Shown: positions 10,203 to 19,671 of the stretch, in pieces
How positions within the stretch are numbered: position 1 is the stretch's first letter
Layout: each line of letters opens with the position of its first letter
Assembly (NCBI GenBank): GCA_964355085.1
Contig: CAYHBW010000002.1
Span: forward strand, 6 to 64,005
DNA length: 64,000 nucleotides
Direction of reading: 5' to 3'
Source: an uncultured Candidatus Saccharibacteria bacterium
Lineage (GTDB): Bacteria; Patescibacteriota; Minisyncoccia; UBA6257; 02-FULL-45-10c
Made by a program: the position numbers and the translations under genes
Notes under the pieces: model-generated
Seen by the model: only the letters and a program-made list of their open reading frames with translations
The model's database searches: none
What the model was told of the DNA's origin: nothing

Positions 10203-10562
10203 ATGCCGGAAAGTTTTAGAAATCTGGATATTTGGAAAGATGCGAATTATTTAGCCATCGAATTATATAAGATTATCGGAGATTTTCCTGATTTTGAAAA
10301 ATTCTCATTAGCAAATCAAATTAATCGGGCGGCAGTATCGGTGCCTGCTAATATTGCTGAGAGTTGCGGAAGATACGGAATTAAGGATAAAATCCAACTA
10401 TTGATGGTTTCTCGCGGTTCACTGTACGAAATTCGCAGTCATTTATCGATAGCGCTAGGATTAAAATATATAGATATGGAAAAATTTCAAGATTTAGAAA
10501 ATAGATATGAAATTCTTGCCAAAAGACTCAATGCATTTATTAAGCATTTAAAATCTACCTAA
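10203..10562 (+). CDS. Four helix bundle protein (23S rRNA IVS-protein-like family)
   Basis: FRNLDIW, FP..EKF.L..QINRAAVSVPANIAE..GR and RGSLYE motifs; AT-rich. Confidence 0.9.
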   Translation: MPESFRNLDIWKDANYLAIELYKIIGDFPDFEKFSLANQINRAAVSVPANIAESCGRYGIKDKIQLLMVSRGSLYEIRSHLSIALGLKYIDMEKFQDLENRYEILAKRLNAFIKHLKST

Positions 10563-10582
10563 CCAATTAACTAATTAACTCA

Positions 10583-10951
10583 ATGAACCAAGAGTGTATT
10601 TTCTGCAAAATAACCGCGAAAGAAATCCCGTCGGATATTCTTTTTGAAAATGGCCAGGTGATGGTTTTCAGGGATATCCGTCCGTCCGCGCCGTTACATT
10701 ATCTTGTCGTCCCAAAGGAGCATATCCAGTCCATTGCGCATTTGGAAGGAAATCATAAGGAAGTGCTGGCTTCCATCATCTATACGGCTAAAAATATGGC
10801 TGAAAAGCTCAATTTGAAGGGCTATAAGCTTGTATTCAATGTCGGGCGGGATGGAGGCCAGGTTATCGATCATCTGCACCTGCATTTGCTTGGCGGTTGG
10901 AATATGAAGAAAGACATCGGGGCCATGCCGAATCCCGCGCTGGACAAATAG
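10583..10951 (+). CDS. HIT family nucleotide hydrolase
   Basis: CIFCKI and HLHLHLLGG histidine triad. Confidence 0.95.
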   Translation: MNQECIFCKITAKEIPSDILFENGQVMVFRDIRPSAPLHYLVVPKEHIQSIAHLEGNHKEVLASIIYTAKNMAEKLNLKGYKLVFNVGRDGGQVIDHLHLHLLGGWNMKKDIGAMPNPALDK

Positions 10952-11039
10952 CGTCCGGTTTGTTAAGATAACCACCATGCAGCGTGCGTGTTTTGGAAAC
11001 TATTAACAACTAAAAGCTAACACCTAAAAACTACACATT

Positions 11040-11261
11040 ATGTTCGTAAAGAAAAAAGAAAATGAATCAACCGGATCATTCTTGTACCGGTTTTCTAAAA
11101 AAGTCCAGCAGAGCGGTATTTTGAAGGAAGCCCGCAAGCGCCGCTATCATCATCGGCCGAAGAGCCGTTTGAAGAGAAAAGAGGCGGCTATTTATCAGAT
11201 GGAAAAGCGCGCCGAAACCACCAAGGCCCATAAATTGGGTTTGGAAATTTCAAAAAAATAG
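11040..11261 (+). CDS. rpsU: 30S ribosomal protein bS21
   Basis: Small basic protein (ENES...RFSKKVQQSGILKEAR); HIT-rpsU-yqeY synteny. Confidence 0.85.
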   Translation: MFVKKKENESTGSFLYRFSKKVQQSGILKEARKRRYHHRPKSRLKRKEAAIYQMEKRAETTKAHKLGLEISKK

Positions 11262-11327
11262 GCTCGTCGGCCTATTTTTGGTATATTAAATATGATTGGT
11301 TTGTCTGAATAATTAATTTTCAAAAGT

Positions 11328-11777
11328 ATGGCATTACAGGAACAGATAATTAGCGAAATAAAGGAAGCGATGAAGGCCGGCAATACGGAAAAGCTGGGCG
11401 TGCTCCGCATGCTCAATTCGGCGATGAAAAATAAAGCGATTGAAAAAGGGAAGGATGCCGCCCTCACTGATGAAGAGGCGATGCAGGTGATCGCCAAAGA
11501 AGCCAAGAAGAGGAAGGAATCAATTCTGGCTTTTGAGCAGGGCGGCCGTCCGGAACTTGCCGAAGGCGAGAAGAAAGAATTGGCCATGCTGGAAGCGTAT
11601 CTTCCAAAGCAGATGTCCCGCGAAGAAGCGGCGGCGGAAATCGGAAAGATCCTCGCCGGCCTTGCAGATAAGAGCAATGCCGGACTGGTGATGAAAGCGG
11701 TCATGCAGGAAATGAAGGGGAAAGCGGACGGTAAGATGGTCAGCGAACTGGTTAGATCCTATCTTGATAAAAATTAG
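11328..11777 (+). CDS. GatB/YqeY domain protein
   Basis: AMKA...LRML, KKRKESI..FE.GGR.EL, YLP.QMS, GKADGK. Confidence 0.95.
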   Translation: MALQEQIISEIKEAMKAGNTEKLGVLRMLNSAMKNKAIEKGKDAALTDEEAMQVIAKEAKKRKESILAFEQGGRPELAEGEKKELAMLEAYLPKQMSREEAAAEIGKILAGLADKSNAGLVMKAVMQEMKGKADGKMVSELVRSYLDKN

Positions 11778-11784
11778 GTTAAAT

Positions 11785-11813
11785 AAAAAAACGGCCGAAA
11801 GGCTGTTTTTTTG
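11785..11813 (+). terminator. Intrinsic terminator after yqeY
   Basis: aaaaaaacggcc-gaaa-ggctgttttttt hairpin with T tract. Confidence 0.75.
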
Positions 11814-11868
11814 ACTAATTTTTCCAGTCATGATAATCTCTAATCAGTTTTTTCATACAGAGTTATGA

Positions 11869-12465
11869 ATGATTCTACTTGCGCTAAAGGCGGTTGCATA
11901 CCTCTTTTTAGGTTTATTGGCTGTTTCCTATATTCTGCATTGGGTATTCATCGCAATGAAGAAATGGACTGGTGACCTTAATATCGGCTTCATTGATCTG
12001 TTGCCGGCGATTCTGCTCGGGCCGATTATGATCTTGCTTATTTTCCTGTTAAAATTCCGAAATATGAATTTACGGGGACTCTATCGGTTGGCGACGAACC
12101 CTTTTTATGAAACGAAAACTGCTAAGGAGATTAATCGCCTGATTTATCTTCATTCCGGCGATAATAATGATCTTAGAGAAAAAGTTTTAGCAACAAAGAT
12201 AACCCTTAAGCAGTACGAAGATTTAGTCCGAGATTATGATTACCAGAATGAGGAGTGGCCGGTAGTTTCTGAGATTGCAGGAATCCTTAAGGACCGCGAA
12301 AGGGTGGGGATGAAGTGTACTAAGGAACACCCATTTCCGGGTACACGTAAGGAAAATGAGCATTGGACGCATGTTGATGTGGATTGGACCGATGATGATT
12401 CCGGCAGGTTTCTGAAGTGTCCGAATTGCGGAATTATAATCGACCTTGGTTCTGATGTTGTTTGA
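11869..12465 (+). CDS. Hypothetical membrane protein with a C-terminal Cys/His (zinc-ribbon-like) motif
   Basis: Two N-terminal TM segments; C..H ... H ... CPNCG. Confidence 0.6.
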   Translation: MILLALKAVAYLFLGLLAVSYILHWVFIAMKKWTGDLNIGFIDLLPAILLGPIMILLIFLLKFRNMNLRGLYRLATNPFYETKTAKEINRLIYLHSGDNNDLREKVLATKITLKQYEDLVRDYDYQNEEWPVVSEIAGILKDRERVGMKCTKEHPFPGTRKENEHWTHVDVDWTDDDSGRFLKCPNCGIIIDLGSDVV

Positions 12466-12510
12466 ATCAACGGCTCTCACGAGCCGTTTTTTGTTATAGT
12501 AAGACATATC

Positions 12511-13008
12511 ATGAAAAAACACATTATTAAAATATTTGAGGATGTGCGAGATATCCCATATCGGTTGAGATTCAGCGCGGATGATAATGATTTCAGTTGC
12601 GATGGCAAGCACAGGAGACTTGCAGAACTGCTTATTCCGCTTGGCTATGAAGTTCGTCCCAGAACCTGTCTGTATAAATGGGAATCAATGCCGATTCCGC
12701 AAAGTATTTTAAAACTTGATCCTGCAGAATTTTATTTGCACCGCTTTCTAGAGATTTTAATTGGAGATAGGTGGGTAAGGATTGATGTAACTTGGGATAG
12801 GGCGCTCGGAAGGATATTTCCGGTTAACGAATGGGATGGTAAATCGGATACTGCCATCGGCGTGCCTTATGTAGGAAATATTTTTTCTCCGGAGGATTCT
12901 GAATTTCCTGAATTTGATAAGGAAAAAGTGGATGCCAACCTTAAAAAACGGAAAATATTCCATGAAGCATTCAATTCTTGGCTGGATGAAATCAGGAAGC
13001 AAAAATGA
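12511..13008 (+). CDS. Transglutaminase-like (Cys-His-Asp) domain protein
   Basis: SCDGKH..L, H.FLE and W..IDVTWD triad pattern. Confidence 0.65.
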   Translation: MKKHIIKIFEDVRDIPYRLRFSADDNDFSCDGKHRRLAELLIPLGYEVRPRTCLYKWESMPIPQSILKLDPAEFYLHRFLEILIGDRWVRIDVTWDRALGRIFPVNEWDGKSDTAIGVPYVGNIFSPEDSEFPEFDKEKVDANLKKRKIFHEAFNSWLDEIRKQK

Positions 13009-13071
13009 AATTTAAAAAAATTCTCTTTTTTAGTGGTTTTTTCGCTCAATTTTTCCTGCTATAATTCCATT

Positions 13072-13482
13072 ATGGTAAAAGAAATCCGCATCGAAGTGTT
13101 GGGAAAATCCTTATATGCATATAAGCCGATTTTGGCTAAGCGCGGTAAGAAGCTCGCGGAAATTTTGAAGCTGAAAAAGCCGATCGATCTGTTTTTGATC
13201 GATTCGGAAACCATGCGGAAGCTGAACCGTAAGTATCGGAAGAAAAACAAGGCGACCAACGTGCTTTCTTTCGCTACCCCGTTGAATTTTCCATCCGACA
13301 GCTTGGGCGAGGTCTATCTGGACCCAAAATATATAGAAAAAAAGGATGAAAACCTCACTTATATGATGGTACATGGAGTTTTACACATCTTGGGCTATGA
13401 CCATGTACGCACGCGTGATAGAATAGTAATGGAGCGGAAAGAGGCCGCATTGATTTCCAAGATTTCCAGAACTGGCCGATAA
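13072..13482 (+). CDS. ybeY: rRNA maturation endoribonuclease YbeY
   Basis: LN.KYR.K.KATNVLSF, LGEVY and HGVLHILGYDH. Confidence 0.95.
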   Translation: MVKEIRIEVLGKSLYAYKPILAKRGKKLAEILKLKKPIDLFLIDSETMRKLNRKYRKKNKATNVLSFATPLNFPSDSLGEVYLDPKYIEKKDENLTYMMVHGVLHILGYDHVRTRDRIVMERKEAALISKISRTGR

Positions 13483-13506
13483 CCGGCGAGTTCATTTTCT
13501 ATTTTA

Positions 13507-14742
13507 ATGGCGAATAATTTCATCACAGGTTTGGACATAGGATCGAGCAGTCTGAAGGCTGCGATTGCCGAAGTAAAAAAAGACGGCCAATTGTCATTGG
13601 TAAAGCTGATCAAAACCTCTTCCGAAGGGATGCGGAAGGGGAATATTGACGATCTTTCGGAGATGACGCGTTCGCTGAATATGATGTTCGGAGAAGTTAA
13701 AAAGGTTTCCAGGAACGCCCTTAAGAATATTTATGTGAATGTCGGGGGGGCGGATATCCATATCCAGTCTTCTCGGGGAATCGTGGCGGTTTCAAGGGCT
13801 GACAGCGAAATAAACCAGGATGATATAGACAGGGCGATGCAGGCCTCGCAGGCGATAAATCTCTTGCCGAACCGGATGGTTCTGCATTCGATCGTGCGCG
13901 AGTATATCGTTGACGGTGTAGGGGATATCCGCGATCCGCTTGGGATGATCGGGAACCGCCTGGAAGTGAACAGTCTTATAATCGATGCGTTCGGACTGGA
14001 TGTTAAAAATCTTACCAAGTGTCTCGAGATGGCCGGCGCGACTGTCGGCGGCCTTGTTTTCTCCCCATTGGCTGCCGCCAGGGCCGCTCTTTCAAAGAAT
14101 CATAAAGAGCTCGGAGTGGCTTTGGTGGATATCGGATTCGGCACGACCAGTCTCTGCGTTTATGAAGAAAATAAACTTGTGCATTGCGCTATTTTTCCGA
14201 TCGGTTCAGGGAACATCACCAATGATCTTGCGATAGGCCTGAAGACTTCCATCGATGCCGCCGAAGTGGTCAAGCTGACTTTCGGAACCGCCTCGATGAA
14301 AGGCGTTTCCGGCAGGGAGCAGATCGATCTCAAAAAAATCGATCCTCATTCCAGAAACAGCGTGTCCAGGAGGGCGGTCGTGGATATCATCGAAGTCCGT
14401 CTTGCTGAAATTTTTGAATTTGTTAATAATGAACTTAAGCTAATCGGGCGTTCCGGGAGGCTGCCTGTCGGATCAGTGTTGGTCGGCGGTGGATCGAAGC
14501 TGCCGGGTATCATTGATTTCGCAAAAGACGAACTGAAGCTTCCCGCCCAGATTGGAATTTTCGACGCTTCTTCGCTGGAAATTCCGAGCGGGGAAATGAG
14601 TCTTCAGGTCGAGGATCCTGAATTCATTTGCGCGTTAGGACTTCTTATGCAGGCCCGTGATAAGATTTATAGAGGCGGCGGGTCTGGGGGACCTGATCTG
14701 ACCGGATGGTTCTCGAAAATTTTCAAATATCTATTACCTTAA
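13507..14742 (+). CDS. ftsA: Cell division protein FtsA
   Basis: GLDIGSS, DIGFGTT and GSGNITNDLA motifs; upstream of ftsZ. Confidence 0.97.
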   Translation: MANNFITGLDIGSSSLKAAIAEVKKDGQLSLVKLIKTSSEGMRKGNIDDLSEMTRSLNMMFGEVKKVSRNALKNIYVNVGGADIHIQSSRGIVAVSRADSEINQDDIDRAMQASQAINLLPNRMVLHSIVREYIVDGVGDIRDPLGMIGNRLEVNSLIIDAFGLDVKNLTKCLEMAGATVGGLVFSPLAAARAALSKNHKELGVALVDIGFGTTSLCVYEENKLVHCAIFPIGSGNITNDLAIGLKTSIDAAEVVKLTFGTASMKGVSGREQIDLKKIDPHSRNSVSRRAVVDIIEVRLAEIFEFVNNELKLIGRSGRLPVGSVLVGGGSKLPGIIDFAKDELKLPAQIGIFDASSLEIPSGEMSLQVEDPEFICALGLLMQARDKIYRGGGSGGPDLTGWFSKIFKYLLP

Positions 14743-14746
14743 TCAA

Positions 14747-15916
14747 ATGAATAAAAATACGGAATTGAAGCATGAGATGGCTAAAATCAAGGTTGTCGGC
14801 GTCGGCGGAGGCGGCGGCAATGCGGTTTCGCGCATGCGCAAAGACCTTTTCAAGGGCGTTGATTTTGTGGCCATAAATACGGATACGCAGGATCTGGAGC
14901 TTTGCAGGGCGGATGTTAAAATTCATATCGGCAAAAATCTCACGAAGGGTCTCGGGACAGGAATGAATCCGGAACTCGGACGCCAGTCCGCCGAAGAAAC
15001 CCGTTCGGAAATTTTCGAGGCGTTGAAGGGCGCCGATCTGGTTTTCGTGACCGCCGGTCTCGGCGGGGGAACCGGCAGCGGCGCATCATCGGTTGTTGCG
15101 GAAGTAGCTAAAGAAATGGGCGCTTTGACTATTGCGGTTGTCACGAAACCTTTCACTTTTGAAGGAGCCCAGCGTTCCCGTATCGCGCAGGATGCCCTGG
15201 CGCGCCTTAAAGATAAGGTTGATACGATGATCGTGATTCCGAATGACCGGATTTTCTCGGTAATCGAGAAAGACACCACCCTCGTTAAAGCTTTTGAAAT
15301 AGTGGACGACATTTTAAAATACTCAATCCAGGGAATCGCAGAATTGATAGCCATGCCGGGAATCATCAATGTTGATTTCGCCGATGTGAAGGCGATCATG
15401 GAAAATGCCGGTTCGGCGCTTGTCGGCATCGGTTTGGGATCAGGACAGGATCGGGCTATGGCCGCGGTTACCCAGGCGGTCAATTCTCCGCTTTTGGAAG
15501 TTTCCATTGAAGGCGCCAAAGGCGTGCTTTTCGGAGTTTCCGGAACTAAGGATTTGAAGATGAGCGAGATAAATGAAATTGCGAAGACTATTTCTGATGC
15601 CGTTGATCCGACCGCGAAAATTATTTTCGGCGCTTATCACGATAAAAATATGAAGTCCGGCACTTTGAAGGTGACGATAGTCGCCACCGGTTTTTCCGGC
15701 ACGCCTAATTTTCAGAAGACCACCACCGCGTCATTATCCAGTTTATTCAACGCTCCGGCCGAGAAAAAGACCGATCACGGCGCAGTATTCGAACGGGAAG
15801 AGAAAGAACTTCAAAAAATAGAAAAGGACGAGGCGCGCCAGGCCCGTCAAAATCCGGAAAAGCCCAAGAAAGATATCTGGGATATCCCGGCATTCATGAG
15901 AAAAAAGAAGAAATAA
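14747..15916 (+). CDS. ftsZ: Cell division protein FtsZ
   Basis: GVGGGGGNA, GGGTGSG, INVDFADV and C-terminal DIPAFMR. Confidence 0.99.
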   Translation: MNKNTELKHEMAKIKVVGVGGGGGNAVSRMRKDLFKGVDFVAINTDTQDLELCRADVKIHIGKNLTKGLGTGMNPELGRQSAEETRSEIFEALKGADLVFVTAGLGGGTGSGASSVVAEVAKEMGALTIAVVTKPFTFEGAQRSRIAQDALARLKDKVDTMIVIPNDRIFSVIEKDTTLVKAFEIVDDILKYSIQGIAELIAMPGIINVDFADVKAIMENAGSALVGIGLGSGQDRAMAAVTQAVNSPLLEVSIEGAKGVLFGVSGTKDLKMSEINEIAKTISDAVDPTAKIIFGAYHDKNMKSGTLKVTIVATGFSGTPNFQKTTTASLSSLFNAPAEKKTDHGAVFEREEKELQKIEKDEARQARQNPEKPKKDIWDIPAFMRKKKK

Positions 15917-15920
15917 ATTT

Positions 15921-16214
15921 ATGATTGAGAAATTGCCGAGAAATTTAAAATCAGGATCTGCCGATAGAGAGAAAAAATTTGAGGAAGCAGCGGGAATCGC
16001 CCGATATGCAGATTCTGTTTTGCCTGTTGGTTCAGATTATGAATTGTCCGAGGAGCACCGGCTGGAACTTAAAAAAACACTTGAAAACATCAGGAGTAAT
16101 CGACTTGATGCCGTAAGCAGATTCCCGGAATCCGTAGATGAAAAAAAGATTTCCGATAAGTTGGCGGTTAAATTGTCCGAATTCACCGTTGGTTCCGATA
16201 GGACGAATGGGTAA
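15921..16214 (+). CDS. Hypothetical protein
   Basis: 97-aa ORF starting 4 nt after the ftsZ stop and followed by a hairpin; no recognisable motif. Confidence 0.45.
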   Translation: MIEKLPRNLKSGSADREKKFEEAAGIARYADSVLPVGSDYELSEEHRLELKKTLENIRSNRLDAVSRFPESVDEKKISDKLAVKLSEFTVGSDRTNG

Positions 16215-16322
16215 GTGGATGAATAATAGATAGAAGGAATAATCCTCCGGACGGAGGATTATTTTTTTATCCACCATTTTTTATTTTCCAGCTATTGATT
16301 TTTCAGTGCGGTGTCGTTCTCT

Positions 16323-16331
16323 TTATCCACA
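16323..16331 (+). promoter_or_regulatory. DnaA box upstream of nrdJ
   Basis: Perfect TTATCCACA; a 1-mismatch TTATCCACC lies at 16267-16275. Confidence 0.55.
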
Positions 16332-16439
16332 GTTTAATTTTGTCCCGCAGGCCTTTTTACTTAGAATGAAAGTAAATCAATCCCGATTTTATTCCGGGAT
16401 TCCGGTTCCGGCGCCGGAAAAAATAAAATTAAAAAAAAT

Positions 16440-18689
16440 ATGGGTGCATTCCAGACAGTTCGCAAGCGCAATGGTTGGTTGGTTCCGTTTGATTTCATGA
16501 GGATAGTCAATGCCGTTGCCAAGGCCCTGGAAGTCACCCGGGAGGGAAGTTTGGAAGATGCGCAGAAGATCGCCGACAGCGTCGTTAAAGAGTTGAGGAA
16601 AAAGCATCAGCCGAACTACATATTGAGCATAGAAGAGATCCAGGACGAGGTCGAGGAACAGCTGATCCTCGCCGATTTTTCCAAGACCGCAAAGGCGTAT
16701 ATCTTATACCGTCAGGAGCGCTCCAGATTGCGGGAAGCTTCCAGGCAGGTTCCGGAACACGTGAAGAAACTTGCCGAAGAAAGCAAGAAATATTTCAAGA
16801 ATCCGCTTTCGGAATTCATCTATTACCGGACTTATTCCCGCTGGATAGAAACCGAGGACAGGCGCGAGACCTGGATTGAAACAGTGAATCGTTATATGGA
16901 TTTCATGAAGGAGAATCTCGGCGACAAGCTTTCGGCGAAAGAATACGGGGAACTGCGTGACGGGATCCTCAAGCAGGAAGCGATGCCGTCGATGCGTCTT
17001 TTATGGAGCGCCGGGAGCGCCGCGCGCAAGACCAACGTTGCCGGTTATAACTGTTCCTATGTCGCTCCGACCAAGCTTCGGGATTTTTCCGAAATAATGT
17101 ATATCCTGATGTGCGGAGCCGGGGTGGGTTTTTCCGTGGAACAGCAGACAGTCCAGCAGCTTCCGCAGATCAAGCCGCAGACCGGGAAGAAACTCCCGAC
17201 TCATATCATAAAAGACAGCAAGGAAGGATGGGCTGACGCTTTGAATCTCGGCTTGGAGACTTGGTATGGAGGGAAGGACATTGATTTTGATTTTTCCGAG
17301 CTTCGTCCGGCCGGGGCCCGCTTGCTCACTATGGGAGGAAAAAGTTCCGGTCCGGCGCCTCTCCGGGCGGTTTTGATCTTCGCCCGCTCCAAGATCCTGG
17401 CCAATCAGAGCCGCCGTCTGAAGCCGATCGACGTCCATGATCTTGTCTGCAAGATAGGGGAAGTCGTCGTCATGGGAGGCGTGCGCAGGAGCGCTTTGAT
17501 TTCTCTTTCAGATCTGGATGATCAAGATATGCGGGATGCCAAAAAAGGCCAGTTCTATCTGAATGAGCCGCAGCGAAGCATGGCCAATAATTCCACTGTT
17601 TACAGCCAAAAGCCCAGCGGAAGCGTGTTTTTGGATGAATGGATAGCGCTTGCCAAAAGCGGTACCGGCGAGCGGGGAATATTCAACCGCGGCAGTCTGG
17701 AAAAGCAGGTTCCCAAGCGCCGCTGGAAGCTGTTCGGAAAGAAATCCATGACGACCGGATCCAATCCTTGCGGAGAAATCATCCTGCGCTCAAAGGAATT
17801 CTGCAACCTTTCTGAAGTCGTCGCCCGTCCGAATGACACTGAAGCGACTCTGATGGAGAAGGTAAGATTGGCGGCGATTCTCGGCACTTATCAGTCGACT
17901 CTCACTAATTTTCCGTATCTTTCAAAAGAATGGAAACAGAACTGCGAAGAAGAGCGGCTTCTCGGCGTATCCATCACCGGCCAGTGGGATTGTCCGGCGC
18001 TTCATAAAGACGACGGAAAGCTTTTCAAGAAGCTCCGCGATGAGGCGATCGAAACAAATAAAGAATACGCCAGGAGATTCGGAGTCAATGCTTCCGCGTC
18101 CGTCACCTGCGTAAAGCCGTCCGGAACTGTCTCTCAATTGGTGGACGCTTCTTCCGGATTGCATACCCGCCATGCGCAATATTATATCCGCCGCGTCCGC
18201 ATAGCCGCGACTGACAGCTTGTTCAGGATGCTCCGCGATCAGAAAGTGCATGTTTATCCGGAGGTGGGGCAGGAAGCCAATCCGACTACTTATGTCCTGG
18301 AATTTCCGGTCAAAGCATCTTCCAAGGCGGTATTTCGCAACGATCTGACGGCTCTCCAGCAACTTGAATATTGGCAGAAAGTGAAGGAAAATTTCACCGA
18401 GCATAATCCGTCGATTACGGTTTCCGTAGGAAATGACGAATGGATTCTTGTCGCCAATTGGCTTTATGAGCGCTGGGATATGATCGGCGGACTTTCTTTC
18501 CTTCCGCGTGAGGAGCATGTTTATGAGTTGGCGCCTTATGAGGAGATAACAAAAGGCCGGTACGATGAGATGATGAGCCAGTTTCCGGATATAGATTTTT
18601 CCCAGATTCTGCTTTATGAAAAGGACGATGAGACGCAGGGAGCGAAGGAGCTGGCCTGTGTCGGCGGAGTCTGTGAAATACAGTTTTAA
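16440..18689 (+). CDS. nrdJ: Class II (adenosylcobalamin-dependent) ribonucleotide reductase with N-terminal ATP-cone
   Basis: ATP-cone (VRKRNG..VPFD), RTYSR, NPCGEI, CNLSE, KPSGTVS and C-terminal C..GVC; no small subunit gene adjacent. Confidence 0.9.
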   Translation: MGAFQTVRKRNGWLVPFDFMRIVNAVAKALEVTREGSLEDAQKIADSVVKELRKKHQPNYILSIEEIQDEVEEQLILADFSKTAKAYILYRQERSRLREASRQVPEHVKKLAEESKKYFKNPLSEFIYYRTYSRWIETEDRRETWIETVNRYMDFMKENLGDKLSAKEYGELRDGILKQEAMPSMRLLWSAGSAARKTNVAGYNCSYVAPTKLRDFSEIMYILMCGAGVGFSVEQQTVQQLPQIKPQTGKKLPTHIIKDSKEGWADALNLGLETWYGGKDIDFDFSELRPAGARLLTMGGKSSGPAPLRAVLIFARSKILANQSRRLKPIDVHDLVCKIGEVVVMGGVRRSALISLSDLDDQDMRDAKKGQFYLNEPQRSMANNSTVYSQKPSGSVFLDEWIALAKSGTGERGIFNRGSLEKQVPKRRWKLFGKKSMTTGSNPCGEIILRSKEFCNLSEVVARPNDTEATLMEKVRLAAILGTYQSTLTNFPYLSKEWKQNCEEERLLGVSITGQWDCPALHKDDGKLFKKLRDEAIETNKEYARRFGVNASASVTCVKPSGTVSQLVDASSGLHTRHAQYYIRRVRIAATDSLFRMLRDQKVHVYPEVGQEANPTTYVLEFPVKASSKAVFRNDLTALQQLEYWQKVKENFTEHNPSITVSVGNDEWILVANWLYERWDMIGGLSFLPREEHVYELAPYEEITKGRYDEMMSQFPDIDFSQILLYEKDDETQGAKELACVGGVCEIQF

Positions 18690-18713
18690 AAAATCCCCCT
18701 TAGGGGGATTTTT
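18689..18713. terminator. Bidirectional terminator between nrdJ and the convergent PAS gene
   Basis: aaaaatccccc-tta-gggggattttt. Confidence 0.75.
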
Positions 18714-19632
18714 CATGGGCAGATTGCTGTTTTTTGAGTCTTTCTATCTCTTTTTTGAGCTCAATCATTTTTAGCTCCCGGCCGATCATCAGCTTATTCA
18801 TCGTTTCAATCTCTCTTATGCGGATGCTCTCCTGACTCCCGGCCTTTTTCTCATCAGTTATGTCTTGAGAGATGAAAAGCACCAGCTCCACTTCGCCGCT
18901 TTCATTACGAACCGGCGCTATTTTTGATCTGCACCATGATCCCTTGGATGTCCCGACTGCGTGCTCCATGGTGAATTCTACTCCGTCCTTGTTCTCAAGC
19001 GCTTCGGCGAATTTTTCTTTGACAATCGCATGGTATTTTTTGTCGATGCATTCCATATACTCCCAATTTTTTATTTCTAAATCGGTTTTTTCGGTAAGGA
19101 AATGCTCCTCTTTTCCGGCTTTGTTTACGGAGAGCAGGTTGCCTTCTTTATCGAACCATTTGATGCAAAGCGGAGTGGCATCCAAAAGGAGTTTGAACAT
19201 CCTCCTCTCTCTTTTGAGACTCAATTCCGCCTTGGTGTATTCGGTGAAGTCCAGCGAGCACATTATTACATACTCGGTCCCGCCGTCGGAATTTTTCAGC
19301 GGCGAGGCGGCGCTGAAGCACCATTGCTGTCTGGAAGTTCCGGAAACATGCCCGAATTCGGCGTATCTGGTTTCCCCGGAGAAAGCCGCCTCGGCCGCGT
19401 CCTTTATTTTTCCCCTGTCTCCTTCTGCGATTGTTGAAAAATAATCAAACGAATCAAATTGTTCCTGTCTGGTGATTTTATGCTCCTGCGCGCCCCAGTT
19501 GTTTATGAAAACGAGGCGGAGCTTCCTGTCGAATACTTTGATGCAAATCGGCGCGGACACGAGGATGCTTTCCATCATCGCGCCGTGGTTTTCAGAGAAT
19601 TCTTTTTTTGAAAAATATCCCGGTTTTTCCAT
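18700..19632 (-). CDS. Cytoplasmic double-PAS protein with C-terminal RELKMIELK coiled coil and no output domain
   Basis: Two PAS/PAC units ending in DFTE and DITD, then NKLMIGRELKMIELKKEIERLK. Confidence 0.85.
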   Translation of the reverse strand: MEKPGYFSKKEFSENHGAMMESILVSAPICIKVFDRKLRLVFINNWGAQEHKITRQEQFDSFDYFSTIAEGDRGKIKDAAEAAFSGETRYAEFGHVSGTSRQQWCFSAASPLKNSDGGTEYVIMCSLDFTEYTKAELSLKRERRMFKLLLDATPLCIKWFDKEGNLLSVNKAGKEEHFLTEKTDLEIKNWEYMECIDKKYHAIVKEKFAEALENKDGVEFTMEHAVGTSKGSWCRSKIAPVRNESGEVELVLFISQDITDEKKAGSQESIRIREIETMNKLMIGRELKMIELKKEIERLKKQQSAHEKSP

Positions 19633-19671
19633 CTGTTAATTATAGCAGATGTGGCGGCTTTGATAATTCGC

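Noticed and set aside
10203-10562. Four-helix-bundle gene as the Avd of a DGR
   Set aside because: No adjacent RT or template repeat; the motifs fit the generic IVS-type family
16215-16439. Replication origin at the DnaA boxes
   Set aside because: Only one perfect and one near-perfect box in a short spacer; no dnaA/dnaN nearby
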